Shown here: one piece after another, positions 8,409-18,348 of the stretch
How positions within the stretch are numbered: the first letter of the stretch is position 1
Layout: every line of letters begins with the position of its first letter
NCBI GenBank assembly: GCA_964507185.1
Contig: CAZDOY010000014.1
Span: 3,298 to 67,297, forward strand
Reading direction: 5' to 3'
Length of the DNA: 64,000 nt
Origin: an uncultured Thermoanaerobaculia bacterium
GTDB taxonomy: Bacteria > Acidobacteriota > UBA4820 > DSQY01
The notes under the pieces: model-generated
Told to the model about the DNA's origin: nothing
The model's input: the letters and a program-made list of their open reading frames with translations, nothing else
Database searches by the model: none
Translations under genes and position numbers: made by a program

Positions 8409-10862
8409 TCAGCGCTCGCCGGGGGCCGCCTCGAGGGCGGCTTCGGAGAAGCCCAGCCGTTCGCCGAGTTCCCTGAAGCGGGCGACCCACCTGCCGGCCT
8501 CGATGTCCTCCTGGCCTGCGCGGCGGGCGCGCGCCGACAGTTCGAGGCGTCTAAGCGCGTCGTAGTCGTTCTGCACGGTCCATAGCTTGACGGGGAAGGG
8601 CAGGCGTTCCACGACCTGCATGAGATTGAACATGCGCTCCATGTGTCCGACGTCGTCGGGCTTGGCCCGCAGCTTCGCCATGGACGACTCCAGCGTTCCG
8701 CGCAGGGCGAATTCGAGGAGTTCGGTTTCGAGCCCGACCTTCAGTTCGTCGACCTGGCGCATGATGGCCTCGACGCGGCCGGGGGACGGGTCCTCCGACA
8801 GGAATTCCCGCCTCAGGTCGAGGTTGATGATGTACTCCGCGGCGTTCTGGAAGGACCGCGGCAGGGACACGCCGATGTGAGGCAGGAACCGCATCATGGC
8901 GGCGTGCTCCTCGAAGATATGCCTGTAGGCATTCTCGATCCCCTGGAGCGTGGGCTCCATGATCCTGTGGACGATCTGGCGCTGTTCGCGCCTGAAGAGG
9001 TCCTTCAGGGAGTAGATCGATCTTCCGAAGTGCTTGTCGAGAAGGCGTATGACGTCGGCGAAGTCGCTGATGTGGAACGCCTCCCCCACCTCCCTGCGCA
9101 GATCCCTGAACTCCTGTTCCGAAATGAACGGCCGCACGCCGCAGTAGAGCACCTGGTCGCCTAGGTGGATGGCGCCGAAGCTGATCAGGCTCGTTTCGCC
9201 CGTGATGCGCGAGGTCAGCCGCACGCGGCCGACGGCCATGGATGTCTTTCCCGTCTGCGCCGTCTCGAAGGTGTCGAGATCGGCGTCGAAGCAGTAGATC
9301 TGCGTCTTCCTGTCGTAGGCCTGGAAGAGCGAGCTGACAGCGTAGTGCGCGCCGACCCGCACGAGGTCGAGGGCGGCCGGGCGGACGAAGCGCTCGTAGA
9401 GCCGCCGACCGTCGCCGTATTCGGGCAGGTTGGACGCGGCCCCTTCGAGCCTCTGCAGGAAGCCGGGTTCCAGGTTCTTTTCGAAAAGTTCGTCGACGAG
9501 CTGGATGACCCTGCCGGCGTACTGCAGGATCTGCACCGTGCTGATGTCCGACACGTCGTCGAAGAACCAGCCGCAGCTCGTGAACATGAGCATGGCGTGG
9601 CGCTGCATCTCCAGGAGCTTGAGAACGTGGACGCTCCGTCTCCCGCCCGTCTTTAGGTGCTTCTTGCAGAAGGCGTCGACCGCCACGGCGTTCCGGTTAA
9701 GGATGACCGAGATGTAGTCGTCGCGGGTCCGCCACGGATCCTCGAACAGCTCGGCCCCCTCCTTCTCGTAGAGCGTCGCCGCCTCGTCGCGGAGCCAGTC
9801 GAGCGCCTCCCTGAGCGGGGCGCGCCAGGCCTGGTTCCACCCGCCGTGCCCGCCCGTATTGCAGCCGCAGTCGGCCCGCCAGCGCTCGACGCCGTGGATG
9901 CAGCTCCAGGAGCTGTTCTCGACGATCCGGACCTCGTATTCGGGCGGGTGCTTCTCGAGGTACTCCCCGTAGTTGGTGAGGCGGGCGATCTTCTTCTCCT
10001 CGATGTAGCGGAGCGCGTACGCGAGCGCCATGTCCCCGAACCGGTGGTGGTGCCCGTAGGTCTCCCCGTCCGTGGCGACGTGGACGAGCTGCGGCCAGTG
10101 CCTGTCGTTCGAGAAGGCTCCGGCCAGGCGGCCCGCGAAGGCCTCGCCCGAGTCGAGGAGATTGTCGAAGGCCACGGACCTGGCGACGGGGCCGTCGTAG
10201 AAGAAGAGGTCGATGGCGGCCCCCGACGGCAGCCGGCACCTGTACGCCCTCGCCGGATCGATGCGAGTGCCGTTGACTTCCTGCCAGGCATCCTCGCCGA
10301 TCCGCCTCACGGCCGCGGCCTGGCGGGGCGCGAGAACGGTGAAGGCCACACCGTGCCGGGCGAGGGCTTCGAGGGTCTCTGTGTCCACGGCCGTCTCCGC
10401 CAGCCACATGCCCTCTGGCCTGCGGCCGAAGCGGTGCTCGAAGTCCCGGATCCCCCACAGGATCTGCGTCTCCTTGTCCCGCGCGTTGGCCAGCGGCATG
10501 ATGACGTGGTTGTAGACCTGCGCGAGGGCCGATCCGTGGCCCGAGAACCGCAACCTGCTCTCGCGGTCGCCGGCGAGGACGCCTTCGTACGTGTTCCGGG
10601 CATGTTCTTCCAGCCAGCTGAGGAGGGTCGGGCCGAAGTTGAAGCTCATCTGCGCGTAGTTGTTCGATATGCCGGCGATGCGCCCATTCTCGTCGAGGAT
10701 GCGCGACGTCGCGTTGGGCTGATAGCACTCGGCGGTGATCCGCTCGTTCCAGTCGTGGTATGGCTGGGCGGACTGCTGGTACTCGACCCGCTCCAGCCAC
10801 GGGTTCTCCCGCGGGGGCTGGTAGAAGTGTCCGTGGATGCAGATGTAGCGTTCGTCGCTCAT
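8409..10862 (-). CDS. GH57-family glycoside hydrolase with DUF3536 domain
   Basis: YICIHGHFYQPPRENPW; GMWLAETA (nucleophile Glu); ATDGETYGHH; AMLMFTSCGWFFDD. ATGA overlap with the upstream gene. Confidence 0.9.
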   Translation of the reverse strand: MSDERYICIHGHFYQPPRENPWLERVEYQQSAQPYHDWNERITAECYQPNATSRILDENGRIAGISNNYAQMSFNFGPTLLSWLEEHARNTYEGVLAGDRESRLRFSGHGSALAQVYNHVIMPLANARDKETQILWGIRDFEHRFGRRPEGMWLAETAVDTETLEALARHGVAFTVLAPRQAAAVRRIGEDAWQEVNGTRIDPARAYRCRLPSGAAIDLFFYDGPVARSVAFDNLLDSGEAFAGRLAGAFSNDRHWPQLVHVATDGETYGHHHRFGDMALAYALRYIEEKKIARLTNYGEYLEKHPPEYEVRIVENSSWSCIHGVERWRADCGCNTGGHGGWNQAWRAPLREALDWLRDEAATLYEKEGAELFEDPWRTRDDYISVILNRNAVAVDAFCKKHLKTGGRRSVHVLKLLEMQRHAMLMFTSCGWFFDDVSDISTVQILQYAGRVIQLVDELFEKNLEPGFLQRLEGAASNLPEYGDGRRLYERFVRPAALDLVRVGAHYAVSSLFQAYDRKTQIYCFDADLDTFETAQTGKTSMAVGRVRLTSRITGETSLISFGAIHLGDQVLYCGVRPFISEQEFRDLRREVGEAFHISDFADVIRLLDKHFGRSIYSLKDLFRREQRQIVHRIMEPTLQGIENAYRHIFEEHAAMMRFLPHIGVSLPRSFQNAAEYIINLDLRREFLSEDPSPGRVEAIMRQVDELKVGLETELLEFALRGTLESSMAKLRAKPDDVGHMERMFNLMQVVERLPFPVKLWTVQNDYDALRRLELSARARRAGQEDIEAGRWVARFRELGERLGFSEAALEAAPGER

Positions 10863-13800
10863 GACCCGCCCTCAGGCCTGAGGAAGACGGCCGCCAGGGG
10901 CGGGAGCGTCAGCTGGAGGGAGAAGGGCCGCCCGTGCCGCGATTCGGACGTGGCGGTCACGGCACCCAGGTTGCCCATGCCGCTCCCTCCGTATTCGGGC
11001 GCATCGCCGTTGAATACTTCGAGCCATCGCCCGTCCACGTCCACGCCCACCTTGTAGGCGAGCCGCGGGACGGGCGTGAAGTTGCAGGCCACCACCATCC
11101 GGTCCTCCCGCTTCTCGCCCCTTCTCTCGAAGACGAGAATGCTGTTTTCGGCGTCGTTGCAGTCGATCCACTCGAAGCCGCCATCCCCGCAGTCGCGCTC
11201 GTGCAGGGCCGGCTCGTTCCGGTAAAGCCAGTTGAGCCTCTGGACGGCGAGCCTGACGCCGCGATGCATGGGGCTGTCGAGCAGGTGCCAGTCGAGGCTC
11301 CGCTCGTGCGACCATTCCTGCCGCTGGCCGAACTCGCACCCCATGAACAGGAGCTTCTTGCCCGTCTGGGCGTACATGTACGCCAGGAGCAGCCTGAGGT
11401 TGGCGAACCGCTGCCACTCGTCGCCGGGCATCTTGTTCAAGAGGGAGCCCTTTCCGTAGACAACCTCGTCGTGCGACAGGGACAGCACGAAATTTTCGAA
11501 CCCCGCGTACATGGCGCGGAAGGTCAGCTGGTTCTGATGGAACCTGCGGTGCACGGGGTCGTGCCTGAAGTATTCGAGCGTGTCGTGCATCCAGCCCATG
11601 TCCCACTTGAGGCCGAAGCCGAGGCCGCCCACGTAGATCGGCCGGGAGACCATCGGCCAGGACGTGGACTCCTCGGCAATCGTCTGCACGTCGGGGTAGG
11701 CCTGGTAAACTTCGGCGTTCAGGCGCCGCACGAAGTCGACGGCCTCGAGGTTCTCCCGCCCGCCGAACCGGTTCGGAATCCACTGGCCGTCCTCCCGGGC
11801 GTAGTCCAGGTAGAGCATGGACGCCACGCCGTCCACCCGCAGGCCGTCGGCGTGGTAGGCGTCCAGCCAGAAGAGGGCACTGCTGACGAGGAAGCTCCTG
11901 ACCTCGTTGCGCCCGTAGTTGAAAATCGCGCTCTTCCACTCAGGATGGAGGCCCTGCCGGGGGTCCGCGTGCTCGTAGAGATGCGTTCCGTCGAAGTAGG
12001 CCAGGCCGTGCTCGTCCGTGGGGAAGTGGGACGGGACCCAGTCCAGGATCACCCCGACCCCGTTCCGGTGCAGGACGTCGACCATGGCCATGAAGTCGGC
12101 GGGGCTGCCGTACCGGCTGGTCGGCGCGAAGAAGCCCGTGCACTGGTAGCCCCACGATCCGTAGAAGGGATGTTCCATGACCGGAAGAAACTCGACGTGG
12201 GTGAACCCCATTTCCTTCGCGTAGGCGGCCAGCCGCCCGCCCAGTTCCCTGTAGCTGAGCATGCGGTTGCCGTCTTCCGGTACGCGCATCCAGGACCCCA
12301 TGTGGACCTCGTAGATGGACATCGGCGAGTCGAGGCCCTGCTTGCGCCCCCTTTCCGACATCCAGGCAGCGTCCTTCCACGCGTGGGCCAGGTCCCGGAT
12401 CACCGACGCCGTCTTGGGCGGCAGTTCGGCCGAGAAGGCGAACGGGTCGGCCTTTTCAACGGTGTACCCGTTGTCGCTGGAGGCGATCCTGTACTTGTAG
12501 CGGTGCCCCTCGTGCGCGTCCGGAACGAAGCCCGTCCATATGCCCGAACTCCCCTTTGCCTCCAGCGGGTCGGCCGTCCGATTCCAGCCGTTGAAGTCCC
12601 CGACCACGTGCACGGATCGCGCGTTGGGCGCCCATACCGCGAAGTGCGTCCCCTGCACGCCGTCCCTGGCGCAGCAATGCGCCCCGAGCTTTCGGTAGAG
12701 GCGGAAATGGGAGCCCTCGTTGAACAGAAAGAGGTCCTCCCCGGTCAGTTCGAGTTCGGAGGCGTCGGGCCGGTGGCCATGTTCCTCTTTCAAGGAAAAA
12801 CCCTTTTGCGGCTCGCGCCCGACGGGCGGCCCCGGATCGGGCGCGCCGTCCCCGGCCCGGCCCGTCAGGTGGCGCAGGGCGCGCTGCACGGCCGCGTTGG
12901 CGCCGGCCTCCCGGAGCCCCATGTGGAGCTTGCGCCGCCAGCTCGGCCTCGCCTCGCCCACGCCCGGCCAGTTTTGCTGCCTCGTCTCCCCCCAGAGGTC
13001 CTCGAGCGACGCGACGAGGTAACCCGCCCTGCTCGTGCGCAGGTCGTCGAAAAGCCTGCACAGCACCTCGTGCACCTCCCGGCCCGGGTCGCCCCCCGTC
13101 CCGATGTCCAGGCGTTCCCTTACGTTGTCCCTCATGGCTTTGCGTCCGGCCGTTCCGGCCTCGTAGTCCCCGTCCCTCAACAGGCCGAGTTCCTGACGTT
13201 CCGCAAGGTCAAGCCCCCGCCAGAAGGCGGCGAACGAGGGGAGGTCGTGCGTGCCGAGTTCGGCCAGGCTCCCCTGCGGAACCGATTCGGACGGGCGCCC
13301 GGTCGAGGAACCGGCTTCGAACTGCATGACCCACATCCGGCTCACGCCGTTGCTGTCCATGGCCCTCCGGACTGCGCGGGGAACGGTGCCGAGGTCCTCG
13401 CCCACCAGCGCGGTGCGGTGCCGGTGCGACTCGAGGCGGAGGACGGCGTACAGGGCGTCCGCCGGGTAGCCGACGTAGGCCCCCTCCGTGGGCTTGAGCC
13501 CGGAGGGCACCCAGAAGAGCCGGTGCAAACCCATGATGTGGTCGATCCTCAGGACGTCGGCGTACGCCATCGAGCTCGAGAGCGTGGCCCTGAAATGCTC
13601 GAGGCCGTCCGCCAGCATGCCTTCGGGCGACATGGGCGGGAAACCCCAGTCCTGTCCGGCGGCGAAAAATTCGTCGGGCGGCGCGCCGACCGAGACACCC
13701 TGGACGTAAAGGTCGGGGCGGCGCCACGTGTCGAAGCCGTCCGGATGGACCCCCAGCGGGTGGTCCAGGTTGAGGCGCACGTTCAGCTCTTCCGCCTTGC

Positions 13801-14956
13801 GCCGGACGTGGGCCAGCTGTTCGTGGGCGACGAATTGGGCGTACAGATGGTAGCGTGCGGCCTCCGGGTCATAGTCCGCCGGTGTCACCTCGCCGCCCCT
13901 CAGCGGCGCAGGCCATTGACGCCACCCCGCGCCCTGCCGCTCCGTCACGGCGCGGAATTCGGCGTACGCCTCCAGGTCCGGCGTGGCCCGCAGGAAGGTC
14001 TCCATGGCGTTCCTGCGGGCCTCCGGCCCGAGGCCGATTTCGCGGGCGAGCCTCTCCAGGACCTCTCGCTTGACGGCCATCGCGGTCCGGTAGTCCACGA
14101 ACTCCTCGGCGGCGAGCCTCTTCAGCGCCTCCCGGGTCTCCTCTCCGTCGAGAAAGGACCGTGCGTCCGTCGACCGGTCGAACTCGGGCAGGGCCTCCAC
14201 GGCCACGTAGAACTCGTTCAGGAACCGCCGGCTGACCGGCGAGTAGGGACTCGGCGAGTCGTTTTCCGCCAGGAACGCGGCGTGGAGGGGCAGGGTCGAG
14301 GCAATCCGGCCCCCGTTGTAAGCGACGAACTTCACAAAGGCCTCGAACGAGCCGAAATCTCCCGAGGGAAAGGCGCCGGAACCACCGAGACCGTAGAGGG
14401 GCGCGAACAACCCGACCTGGGGCCCGTCGCCCCCCGCGGGGTGGACGAAGGCCTTCTCGGGGGCGCCTATCAGCCTGCTTCGTCCCGTGCGCCCGGCCGC
14501 CTCGAGTTCGATGGTGTGATAGCCGGGCGGAACGTCCCCGGGAAGCGCCACCCGGACGCGGTGGAACGCCTCTTTTCCGAGACTTTCGGTTTCGCCGGGC
14601 GAGGCGGCGGACGTTTCGATCCAGCCCTTCCTGCCTTCGCCGGATTCCATGGCCAGTTCGTATCGAATCCGCCTGCCGGCGAGCTTCTCCGGCACAATGA
14701 GCCGCAGAAAGGCCCGCCTGCCGGACGTGACCACGGCGACCGGGTCGATGAGGCGGCTCAGGGCGTCCGCCCTTCGATCGCGCAGGCGTTTCTCGGCGCC
14801 TGACAGGCCGCCCTCCAGCGCCCCAAGGCTTTCGAGGATGGCCAGGACCGCGTCCGGCGAAGCCGTGTGCATCTTTCCGTCGAGGCCCTTGTAGCGCACC
14901 TGAACGCCGCAGGCCGCGGCCACCCTTTCGAGCACCTTCGGGAAGGGCTTCTTCAT
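10859..14956 (-). CDS. malQ-glgB: Fusion of 4-alpha-glucanotransferase (GH77, MalQ) and 1,4-alpha-glucan branching enzyme (GH13, GlgB)
   Basis: N-half has RIDHIMG, VGEDLG, GTHDLP and GQDWGFPP. C-half has WAPNA, YEVHMGSW, WGYQ, GLRVDGVASM, AEESTSW and LSHDEVVYGKGSL. One uninterrupted 1365-aa ORF. Confidence 0.93.
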   Translation of the reverse strand: MKKPFPKVLERVAAACGVQVRYKGLDGKMHTASPDAVLAILESLGALEGGLSGAEKRLRDRRADALSRLIDPVAVVTSGRRAFLRLIVPEKLAGRRIRYELAMESGEGRKGWIETSAASPGETESLGKEAFHRVRVALPGDVPPGYHTIELEAAGRTGRSRLIGAPEKAFVHPAGGDGPQVGLFAPLYGLGGSGAFPSGDFGSFEAFVKFVAYNGGRIASTLPLHAAFLAENDSPSPYSPVSRRFLNEFYVAVEALPEFDRSTDARSFLDGEETREALKRLAAEEFVDYRTAMAVKREVLERLAREIGLGPEARRNAMETFLRATPDLEAYAEFRAVTERQGAGWRQWPAPLRGGEVTPADYDPEAARYHLYAQFVAHEQLAHVRRKAEELNVRLNLDHPLGVHPDGFDTWRRPDLYVQGVSVGAPPDEFFAAGQDWGFPPMSPEGMLADGLEHFRATLSSSMAYADVLRIDHIMGLHRLFWVPSGLKPTEGAYVGYPADALYAVLRLESHRHRTALVGEDLGTVPRAVRRAMDSNGVSRMWVMQFEAGSSTGRPSESVPQGSLAELGTHDLPSFAAFWRGLDLAERQELGLLRDGDYEAGTAGRKAMRDNVRERLDIGTGGDPGREVHEVLCRLFDDLRTSRAGYLVASLEDLWGETRQQNWPGVGEARPSWRRKLHMGLREAGANAAVQRALRHLTGRAGDGAPDPGPPVGREPQKGFSLKEEHGHRPDASELELTGEDLFLFNEGSHFRLYRKLGAHCCARDGVQGTHFAVWAPNARSVHVVGDFNGWNRTADPLEAKGSSGIWTGFVPDAHEGHRYKYRIASSDNGYTVEKADPFAFSAELPPKTASVIRDLAHAWKDAAWMSERGRKQGLDSPMSIYEVHMGSWMRVPEDGNRMLSYRELGGRLAAYAKEMGFTHVEFLPVMEHPFYGSWGYQCTGFFAPTSRYGSPADFMAMVDVLHRNGVGVILDWVPSHFPTDEHGLAYFDGTHLYEHADPRQGLHPEWKSAIFNYGRNEVRSFLVSSALFWLDAYHADGLRVDGVASMLYLDYAREDGQWIPNRFGGRENLEAVDFVRRLNAEVYQAYPDVQTIAEESTSWPMVSRPIYVGGLGFGLKWDMGWMHDTLEYFRHDPVHRRFHQNQLTFRAMYAGFENFVLSLSHDEVVYGKGSLLNKMPGDEWQRFANLRLLLAYMYAQTGKKLLFMGCEFGQRQEWSHERSLDWHLLDSPMHRGVRLAVQRLNWLYRNEPALHERDCGDGGFEWIDCNDAENSILVFERRGEKREDRMVVACNFTPVPRLAYKVGVDVDGRWLEVFNGDAPEYGGSGMGNLGAVTATSESRHGRPFSLQLTLPPLAAVFLRPEGGS

Positions 14957-17900
14957 GGTTCCGTTTCCACGAGCCAGAGGATGCCGGTCAGCGGGATGTC
15001 CACCCAGGCCGGCCTGTTGTTGAGCTCATAGCCGAGTTCGTACACGGCCTTGTCGAGGAGATAGGCGCCCAGGAGCAGACCGGCGGTCGCTTCGCTGACC
15101 GCCAGCACGGGCGATTCGCCCGCCGTCTCCATGTAGCTCCGGAGGAATTCGCCGCTCACCGTGGTGTACCAGAAGTCCGCCCATGCTTTCGCGGGTTCCT
15201 CCTGGCCCCTCTTGATCATGCCGATCTCCACCTGGTGCTTGAAGGCCTGGTAGGCCGCGTAGTGAAAAGAGCGCAGCATGCCGGCCACGTCTCGGAAAGG
15301 CGACCTCTTGAGCTGGCGTTCCGCCAGGCTCCTCGCGGGCTCCCCCTCGAAGTCTATGACCGCGAAATCTTTGCCGGTATTGAGAACCTGCCCGAGATGA
15401 AAATCCCCGTGGCAGCGGATCCTGTTGGCGTCCAGCTTCCTGCCGAGGAGGCGCTTGAAGCGCTCGTTCACGGCCTTGTCGTTCGCCAGGACGCGCCGGA
15501 CTAAATCGGCCTTCGATTGCGGCACCGCGCCTCTCCTTTCGGAGAGCAGGTCCAGCGTCTGGCGCGCCAGGTTGCGCATGGACTGGTAGAGCGACCGCTG
15601 GTAAAGGGTGGTGAAGAGTTCGGGCGAAAACCGCGGGTCTTCGCTCCTGGACGCCAGCGCAATGTGCATCTCCGCCGTCCGGATGCCGAGCAGGCGGGCC
15701 GATTCCACGTAGGCGCCGACCAGGTCCACGCCTTCCTGGTTGATCTCTCCCGCGCTCCTCTCGAGGAGCGGCCTCCTGTCGAGGTACTCTTCCGGGGGTC
15801 CCGACGCAAAGGCAGCGTGCGTTAGGATTCTATCGAAGAAATGGGACAGCACGTTGAGCGTGTAGGTCCACGCGTCCCCGTGGTTCTCGACGTACCTGTG
15901 GAGAACGCCAAGGGTCATGGGCGCCTGCTTGCGCACCTCGTAACTGATGTGCCCGGCCAGCTGCGGCGCGTGGGGAAAACCGGCGCTCTCCGTCAGGAAC
16001 CGGCCTATTTCCAGCTCGGGGTTCTCCCCTCTCTCGAGCTTCCGGTAGAGCTTGAGAACGAATGCCTCGTCGTAGATGATGGACGTGTTGCTCTGCTCGG
16101 CCCCCACGACCTCGGCCTGGAGATCTTCGGCCGCCTTTCGGACGCCTCCGTTGATCTTTGCGTTCCTGTGTGTCGCCAGCACGCCGCGCCCGGCTTCGAC
16201 CTGCCGCCTCCGCGCGAACAGGTCGAGCAGGCGCCTGGGCAGCATCTGGCTGTACACGGCGTCGTAAAGCAGCCCTCTTCCGCCCCTCCCGGACAGATCC
16301 AGCCAGCATATCGCCGCCGCGGGGTGCGCCTCGAGCAGGGCCTGGCCTTCCTGGCCCTGCATGAAGGCGACGGGGAGCAGGTACGTTTCGGCATCGCCTT
16401 CCTGGTAGGCCACATCCAGGAGCACGAGCGCCGCCCTGTCGCCCCTGGCGCGCCCCTGCATCCAGATCACGTCCAGGACTTCGACGCCGGAGATGGTGCG
16501 GGACTTGCCTCCGAACCACCGGCTGCCCAGCAGGTAGCGGGGCAGCGCTCTTTCCAGCCTGCGAACGTTCCTGCCCTTCAAGATGGAATCCCACCCGTTC
16601 CTGGGAACGGAGAGCACGGGAAGTTCCCCTTCCGCCTGCCTGTGGGCGATGGCGTCCTCGTGGACCGGCGCCTCGAGCTCGAACCAGTAGAACCCGTAAG
16701 GGTTGAGCGCGAGGCAGTACGGGCAGTCGCGCACTTTTCCGAAACGCGTTCTACCAAAAAGCTCGACCGGCGTGTACCCCTCGAAGCCCTCGAGTTCTAT
16801 CTCAGCCTGCTGCGCGTGTCTCGACAGGTTGGCCACCACGAGGATAACCCCGCCCTCGTGGCGCCGCAGGTACGCCAGGACCTTGTTGTTCTGCGGATAG
16901 ACGAACTCGAACGACCCCCAGCCGAAGGCGCGGTGCTGGTTTCTCATGGCGATCAGTCTTTTCATCAGCCACCACAGGGAGTTCGGGTTGCCCTGCTGGG
17001 TCTCCACGTTGACCGCCGCGTAGTGGTAGCTCTGGTCGAGGATGAGCGGAAGGTAGAGCCGCTGGGGATTGGTGTTCGAGAAGCCCCCATTCCTGTCGGA
17101 GCTCCACTGCATGGGCGTGCGCACGCCGTCTCGATCCCCGAGGAAGATATTGTCGCCCATGCCTATCTCGTCGCCGTAATAGAGAACCGGCGTCCCCGGA
17201 AGCGACAGCAGCAGGGCGTTGAGCAGTTCGATTTTCCGGCGGTCGTTCCCGAGGAGCGGCGCGAGCCTGCGCCGTATGCCGATGTTGATCCGGGCCTGCG
17301 GGTCCGCCGCATAGGCCCTGTACATGTGGCTGCGCTCCTCGTCCGTGACCATTTCGAGCGTCAGCTCGTCGTGGTTCCGCAGGAAGATCGCCCACTGGCA
17401 CGACTCGGGAATCCGGGGCGTCTGCTGGAGTATGTCGACCAGGGGGAACCGGTCTTCCGCGCTCAGGGACATGAATAGCCTCGGCATGAGCGGGAAGTGG
17501 AAGTTCATGTGGCATTCGTCCCCCTCGCCGAAGTACGCCGCCGCATCCTCCGACCACTGGTTGGCCTCGGCGAGAAGCATCTTGTCCTTGAACCGGGCGT
17601 CGACGTGCGCCCTCAACTCCTTGAGGAAGACGTGCGTTTCAGGCAGATTCTCGCAGTTGGTCCCCTCGCGCTCGAAGAGGTAGGGCACGGCGTCGAGGCG
17701 CATGCCGTCCACGCCCATGCCGAACCAGAAATCGACGACCTTCAGAATCGCCCGGCGGACGTCCGGGTTGTCGAAATTGAGGTCGGGCTGATGGCTGTAG
17801 AACCTGTGCCAGTAGTAGGCCTTTGCCACAGGATCCCAGGCCCAGTTCGAGTTCTCGAAATCCGGAAAGATGATGCGGGTTCCCGCGTACCGATCCCGCG

Positions 17901-18348
17901 TTTCGCTCCACACGTAGAACCTGCGCGCCCGGCTGCCGGCGGGTGCCCTGCGCGCCCGCTGAAACCACGGGTGCTGGTCGGAGGTGTGGTTGATGACCAT
18001 TTCGGTGATCACCTTCAACCCCCGATTGTGCGCTTCATTGAGGAAGCGCTTGAAGTCCTTCACCGTCCCGTAGTCCGGGTTGACGCTGCAGTAATCGGCG
18101 ATGTCGTACCCGCCGTCCCTCAGCGGCGACGGGTAGAACGGCAGGAGCCACAGCGCCGTGACACCCAGGTCGCTCAGGTAATCGAGTTTCTCCGTCAGGC
18201 CGGCGAAATCTCCCGACCCGTCGCCATCCGAGTCCTTGAAGGCGCGGACGTGAAGCTCGTAGATGACGGCGTCCTTGTACCACCGGGGGTGTCCTTCCTG
18301 TCCCTGTGCACGCGATGTCTTCGGCTTCGTCATGGGTTCTTTCCGCAT
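14953..18348 (-). CDS. treS: Trehalose synthase (maltose alpha-D-glucosyltransferase) fused to maltokinase
   Basis: WYKDAVIYELHVRAF, GMRLDAVPYL, LLAEANQW, FLRNHDELTLE; C-terminal EQSNTSI, HGDFHLGQVL, VIDFEGEP. Start placed at the TGATG overlap with the glgE stop (alternative start 18333). The ORF-track extension to 19278 is spurious. Confidence 0.93.
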   Translation of the reverse strand: MRKEPMTKPKTSRAQGQEGHPRWYKDAVIYELHVRAFKDSDGDGSGDFAGLTEKLDYLSDLGVTALWLLPFYPSPLRDGGYDIADYCSVNPDYGTVKDFKRFLNEAHNRGLKVITEMVINHTSDQHPWFQRARRAPAGSRARRFYVWSETRDRYAGTRIIFPDFENSNWAWDPVAKAYYWHRFYSHQPDLNFDNPDVRRAILKVVDFWFGMGVDGMRLDAVPYLFEREGTNCENLPETHVFLKELRAHVDARFKDKMLLAEANQWSEDAAAYFGEGDECHMNFHFPLMPRLFMSLSAEDRFPLVDILQQTPRIPESCQWAIFLRNHDELTLEMVTDEERSHMYRAYAADPQARINIGIRRRLAPLLGNDRRKIELLNALLLSLPGTPVLYYGDEIGMGDNIFLGDRDGVRTPMQWSSDRNGGFSNTNPQRLYLPLILDQSYHYAAVNVETQQGNPNSLWWLMKRLIAMRNQHRAFGWGSFEFVYPQNNKVLAYLRRHEGGVILVVANLSRHAQQAEIELEGFEGYTPVELFGRTRFGKVRDCPYCLALNPYGFYWFELEAPVHEDAIAHRQAEGELPVLSVPRNGWDSILKGRNVRRLERALPRYLLGSRWFGGKSRTISGVEVLDVIWMQGRARGDRAALVLLDVAYQEGDAETYLLPVAFMQGQEGQALLEAHPAAAICWLDLSGRGGRGLLYDAVYSQMLPRRLLDLFARRRQVEAGRGVLATHRNAKINGGVRKAAEDLQAEVVGAEQSNTSIIYDEAFVLKLYRKLERGENPELEIGRFLTESAGFPHAPQLAGHISYEVRKQAPMTLGVLHRYVENHGDAWTYTLNVLSHFFDRILTHAAFASGPPEEYLDRRPLLERSAGEINQEGVDLVGAYVESARLLGIRTAEMHIALASRSEDPRFSPELFTTLYQRSLYQSMRNLARQTLDLLSERRGAVPQSKADLVRRVLANDKAVNERFKRLLGRKLDANRIRCHGDFHLGQVLNTGKDFAVIDFEGEPARSLAERQLKRSPFRDVAGMLRSFHYAAYQAFKHQVEIGMIKRGQEEPAKAWADFWYTTVSGEFLRSYMETAGESPVLAVSEATAGLLLGAYLLDKAVYELGYELNNRPAWVDIPLTGILWLVETEP

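Noticed and set aside
10934-14803. 1289-aa + strand ORF, and similar long ORFs (2077..3348, 4150..5670, 20627..22375, 34659..36176, 41103..43136, 15841..17478)
   Set aside because: These are antisense shadows of real genes. High GC3 bias removes stop codons on the opposite strand, and they have no motifs or RBS.
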